This document shows, piece by piece, positions 34,994 through 38,689 of a stretch of 38,689 bases of DNA. The first letter of the stretch is position 1, and the number at the start of each line of letters is the position of its first letter. A model generated the notes under the pieces. The model had not been told where the DNA came from. It did no database searches and saw nothing but the letters and a program-made list of their open reading frames with translations. Source of the stretch: Welwitschia mirabilis (taxonomy: Eukaryota); contig JBOZIK010000001.1 of NCBI GenBank assembly GCA_051453625.1, positions 25,652,301-25,690,989 of the forward strand, written 5' to 3'. Made by a program: the position numbers and the translations under genes.

Positions 34994-36019
34994 TGTTATT
35001 AATAATCAAAATAAAATTATGCATAATACATCACGCTAGTATAATGGGAGTAACCTGAAATGTTATATCTCATTGAAGTCTATGAGTATGAGACTCAGGT
35101 TTTTTTTTTAAATGAATTAGAAACTAGAAATAATAAGCAATAATGTAAAAAAATAAAGTACCATGCAAGGTGCATATGCAATCTAAACTAACATGTAATG
35201 CAAAAATAATCCTAATCCTACTTGATTTCAACCTTAAAAAGATTGCCCTTGATAATCTATATCACCTAAGAAATTATCACTACATCAAGGACAACATTAT
35301 ACTATAAGGGTTATAATAAATCTATAATGCAAACATGAAAAGAAAACAAGATTTTATATTAAAATGGTAACAAGTATCTTGATTACAAAACAACTGGGTC
35401 TCAATGGAAGATACTCAGCCCTCCACCAAGTGCTCGTCTTTCTGCAATGCTCAAGATAGATCTCCCGCCCTTCGCTCTCCTGTCACGAGAATGTCCGGGG
35501 CATCGAAGATGAGAAGGAGAATCAAAGGGGGGCTGATTTATAGGAAAATACAACAGAAAAGGACAGACAGAAGGTGTAGTTAGGTGCGCTCATTAAGGGC
35601 TCAGAAACGGACGAAACGGCTAAGGGAATCTATCAGTGACAGTCACATATCAGTGTCGTCTGGGCTGTCATCCGGACGACATGGGGGACAACAGAACACT
35701 ATAAAATATCTTCAAAAGTGATGACTCAGCAGTCCACGTTAGCAATCGTCGTCCTGCCTGTCGTGTGGACGATGGAGAGGACGACGATCTTCTTTAATGA
35801 TTTTCTTGAGGAAAAACTTAGTATTTCTATCATGAATTCTTCTTCAAAGCTCTGTTCATCAGAAAGTGCCTTTAATGCATGGAATTGGATAATAATTGCA
35901 CTTTTTCGAGAATTCCTCTTGTATCTCCAAAATCCTCAGAATTGCACCTAAACCTGCATAAAAGTCCTACAAAACAACTCATAAAACCCATTAAATAATC
36001 GTAAATTGGCAGCGCAACA
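34994..36019 (-). repeat. 3' LTR (~1026 bp) of Athila-type element H
   Basis: The - strand begins TGTTGCGCTG right after the PPT and has a candidate end ...aataaCA at 34994. TATA ctataaat at 35536-35543 on the - strand. Confidence 0.7.
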
Positions 36020-36022
36020 TAG

Positions 36023-36033
36023 CCCCCCACTTA
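36023..36033 (-). promoter_or_regulatory. PPT of element H
   Basis: The - strand reads ...caaaagcTAAGTGGGGGGctaTGTT, a typical Athila-type PPT and LTR junction. Confidence 0.75.
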
Positions 36034-36348
36034 GCTTTTGTCAGCCCCTGACAAAAACCAGGCGGAAAAACCATAATTGAGAGCTAATTTATTTTTCAAA
36101 AGATAAATCTGGAAATCATAAAACAGGCTCATAAAAACACATCACATGGATGGATAAAAGTAATGCATAATGTGTTAATTTTGAAAATTTTATGTCATGA
36201 AAACTCTGAATTAAATTAAAATTTTTTGAACAATGAGCCATGAAAATGNNNNNNNNNNNNNNNNNNNNNNNNNNNNNNNNNNNNNNNNNNNNNNNNNNNN
36301 NNNNNNNNNNNNNNNNNNNNNNNNNNNNNNNNNNNNNNNNNNNNNNNN

Positions 36349-37125
36349 TGCAATGCTTAAGATAGATCTCCCACCCTTCGTTCTTCTATCACAAGAATGT
36401 CTGGTGCATCAAAGATGATCAAGAGAGTCAAAAAGGGGACTTATTTATAGGAAAATACAACAGAAAAGGACAGACAAAAGGTGTAATTAGGCGCACTCAT
36501 TAAGGACTTAAAAACAAACGAAATGGCTGATTAAATCCATCAGTGACAGTTACATGTTAGTGTCATCTAGATAACATAGGGGATAATAGTACATCATAAA
36601 ATATCTTTAAAATGATGAATCAGCAATCCACATCAGTAGTTGTCATCCTGCTTGTCGTGTGGATGACAGAGACAACGATGGTCTTCTTTAATGATTTTAT
36701 TGAGGTGAAACTTAGCATTTTTATCATGAAAGCTCTGTTCATCAGAAAGCTCCTTTAATGCATTAGATTTGAATAAGAATTGCACTTTTTCAAGATTTCC
36801 TCTTGTATCTCCAAAGTCCTCAAAATTGCACCTAAACCTGTATAAAAGTCCTGCAAAATAACTCATGAAATCCCATCAAATAACCATAAATTGATAGTAT
36901 AACATAGCCACTCACTTGGCCTTTATTAGTCCCTGATAAAAACTAGGCAAAAAAACCATAATTGCACGCCTATTTATTTTTCAAAAGATAAATCTGAAAT
37001 CATAAAATAGGCTCATAAAATGCATCACATAGATAAATAACAAGTAATGCATCATGTATATGAAAAATTTGAAAATTTAATGTCATGAAAGCTTTAAAAA
37101 TTTTGAAAAATAAGCCATGCAAATG
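36349..37125 (-). repeat. Second, deaminated copy of the element H LTR 5' part, PPT and 3' UTR (direct repeat of ~35442-36248)
   Basis: Colinear alignment from tgcaatgct.aagatagatctccc to agccatg. LTR start at 36904. PPT degraded to ccactcac on the + strand. Confidence 0.9.
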
Positions 37126-38689
37126 GATCACTGCCCCTCTAAAGAAAAAATAATATTTCCTATATTGAAAAATAAAGCAAAGAAGGTAAATAGAAATGAG
37201 AAGACAGGTAAAAAATAGTGAGAATAAGGATAATTTTCAAAATGAAGTGCAAAGCTGAGTAATGTCAGATTAGAAAAATATAAAGACAGGAAATATTCTG
37301 ATAAGAAGAGTGGACAATAAAAATATTTCATCATCAAAAGAACATGAGCAGTGCTTACAATGCAAAAAATCTAAAAATAACATAACTTTATTGAGAAAAG
37401 ACTCATCTAAAAAACTATCTTTATTGAAAAGTTAAACAAGGAAAATATGCTATGAAAATATGGTAATGACTTTGAAATAACTAACCAAACCACCAAAGAA
37501 AAATAAGAAGGATGGGCATGAGATAACATAAACAAAAGATAGCTCACCAATCTAACATTTTCACCTAGCAAATTCTAATGAAAGTAATCATAACATTACT
37601 TAATGTGAAAAATGCATGACTTAATGTATAAAAAACTCCATTCGATAAGGTAGTAATTATGACAATTCTAGAGTAAAATGATTTAAATAATAAATGATTA
37701 GACCAAAGAATTACTCAAAAATAAACTCTTCTACCATCATCTCAAAAAAAACACCCAAATAAATGAAATAAAATGATCATGTGGAAATACTAAGAGTCTA
37801 AAAAACAAGCAATGCCTCTAATGACACTAAGAACACCACTGATCGCATAGTCTTAAAGTGGAAATATAACTTTATTATCCATGATGAGGGGAGTGCAACC
37901 ACTATCAGAGACATAAGGACCCGTAAAGCATGACCAACTGACCTCCCAGTGGAGTTCCCACAGTTACCATATTACACTACCAAAGGCTTCTCTTGGAAAT
38001 AATTACCCCAATGTATTTATGGTAGGACATCATGGTGACCATGTTTTTGAGATATTATAAATATAGAACATCAGGGTCTTTATTTCACACTTTTTTTTAA
38101 AAAGAAAATAACATTTCACATAACAAAACACTCCAAAAGAAAAAGGTGAAAGTCAAAAGATTAGAACAAAAAAGAACACTCTTAAACAATCTAAGACCTT
38201 ATCACCATTGAGAAAAACATAAAAAATAAATTATATGCCTTTAATTAAAGTTCATAGACATGTGAATGTTCTAAGATTTAGTGAATCTGATCTTACCACT
38301 AAAATGCCCAAGTTAAAAGACTAGTCATGGAAATAAATACATTAGTCAAGTTTGAAAGATGATCAAATAATGCTATAATAATATTTTAAAGGAAAAAGCT
38401 AAGAGAAAATTTAGATGGTTTGCTTGTGTAATTCCAATTTCTTCCATTTAACTTCCTATAATTATCAAGTAGCCAAATCAGAAATCTCAACAGAGTTATA
38501 AAAATGTATTTTCAGAAAATAAAAAATCAACATTTTTTGGACTGTCATCCTGCTCATTGTCTAGGCGACAGAGAGGACATCATACACAGGAAAAAGAAAT
38601 AAAACATAGAAAATTAACAAAAAAACTAAAAAACTATTAAAAGCGACTGTCGTTCACCTTAGTGTGGAGATGACAGAGGAGATGACTGA
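36905..38689 (-). mobile_element. Non-coding 3' internal region of element H, running off the window end
   Basis: Contiguous with the PPT, A-rich on the + strand, no coding motifs. tgtcgt/gacag motifs like those in its LTR recur at 38541-38689. Confidence 0.55.

Noticed and set aside
35718..35951. ORFs 35718-35951 (+), 36633-36866 (-) and 23145-23330 (+)
   Set aside because: They lie within LTRs and have no recognisable protein motifs; chance ORFs.
1..38689. A novel multi-gene biological system
   Set aside because: Every coding signal I can recognise belongs to decayed LTR retrotransposons. No intact gene, operon-like cluster or RNA gene is visible.

Overview
AT-rich, CpG/CHG-depleted eukaryotic (plant-type) intergenic DNA from a gapped draft assembly. 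Nearly all of it is a nest of decayed LTR retrotransposons; I see no intact host gene, RNA gene or CRISPR array. In order: (A) a + strand Ty3/gypsy Athila-like gag-pol relic (1-~5000); (B) a convergent - strand relic of the same family (~5220-10870); (C) a + strand Athila-type 3' end with an env-like extra ORF relic, PPT and LTR (~11870-15100); (D) the 5' half of a second Athila family on the - strand (LTR-PBS-gag-PR, ~15315-20170); (E) a complete 2.1 kb non-autonomous LTR element with 343/344 bp LTRs, Met PBS, PPT and a perfect ATTAG target-site duplication (21199-23325); (F) the RT-RH-INT half of the same family as D on the - strand (~23590-27120); (G) a + strand Ty1/copia SIRE-type element with a repeat-rich LTR, gag-PR-INT-RT-RH and env-like ORF (~27120-34520); (H) a - strand Athila-type 3' LTR and 3' UTR, partly duplicated across a gap, with one copy CpG-intact and one deaminated (34994-end). 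All coding regions carry stops and frameshifts. I find no credible novel biological system. The best leads are the small intact non-autonomous element, the CpG-asymmetric LTR duplicate, and the 67-bp-periodic palindrome array. Family assignments come from motif recognition by eye, not database searches.
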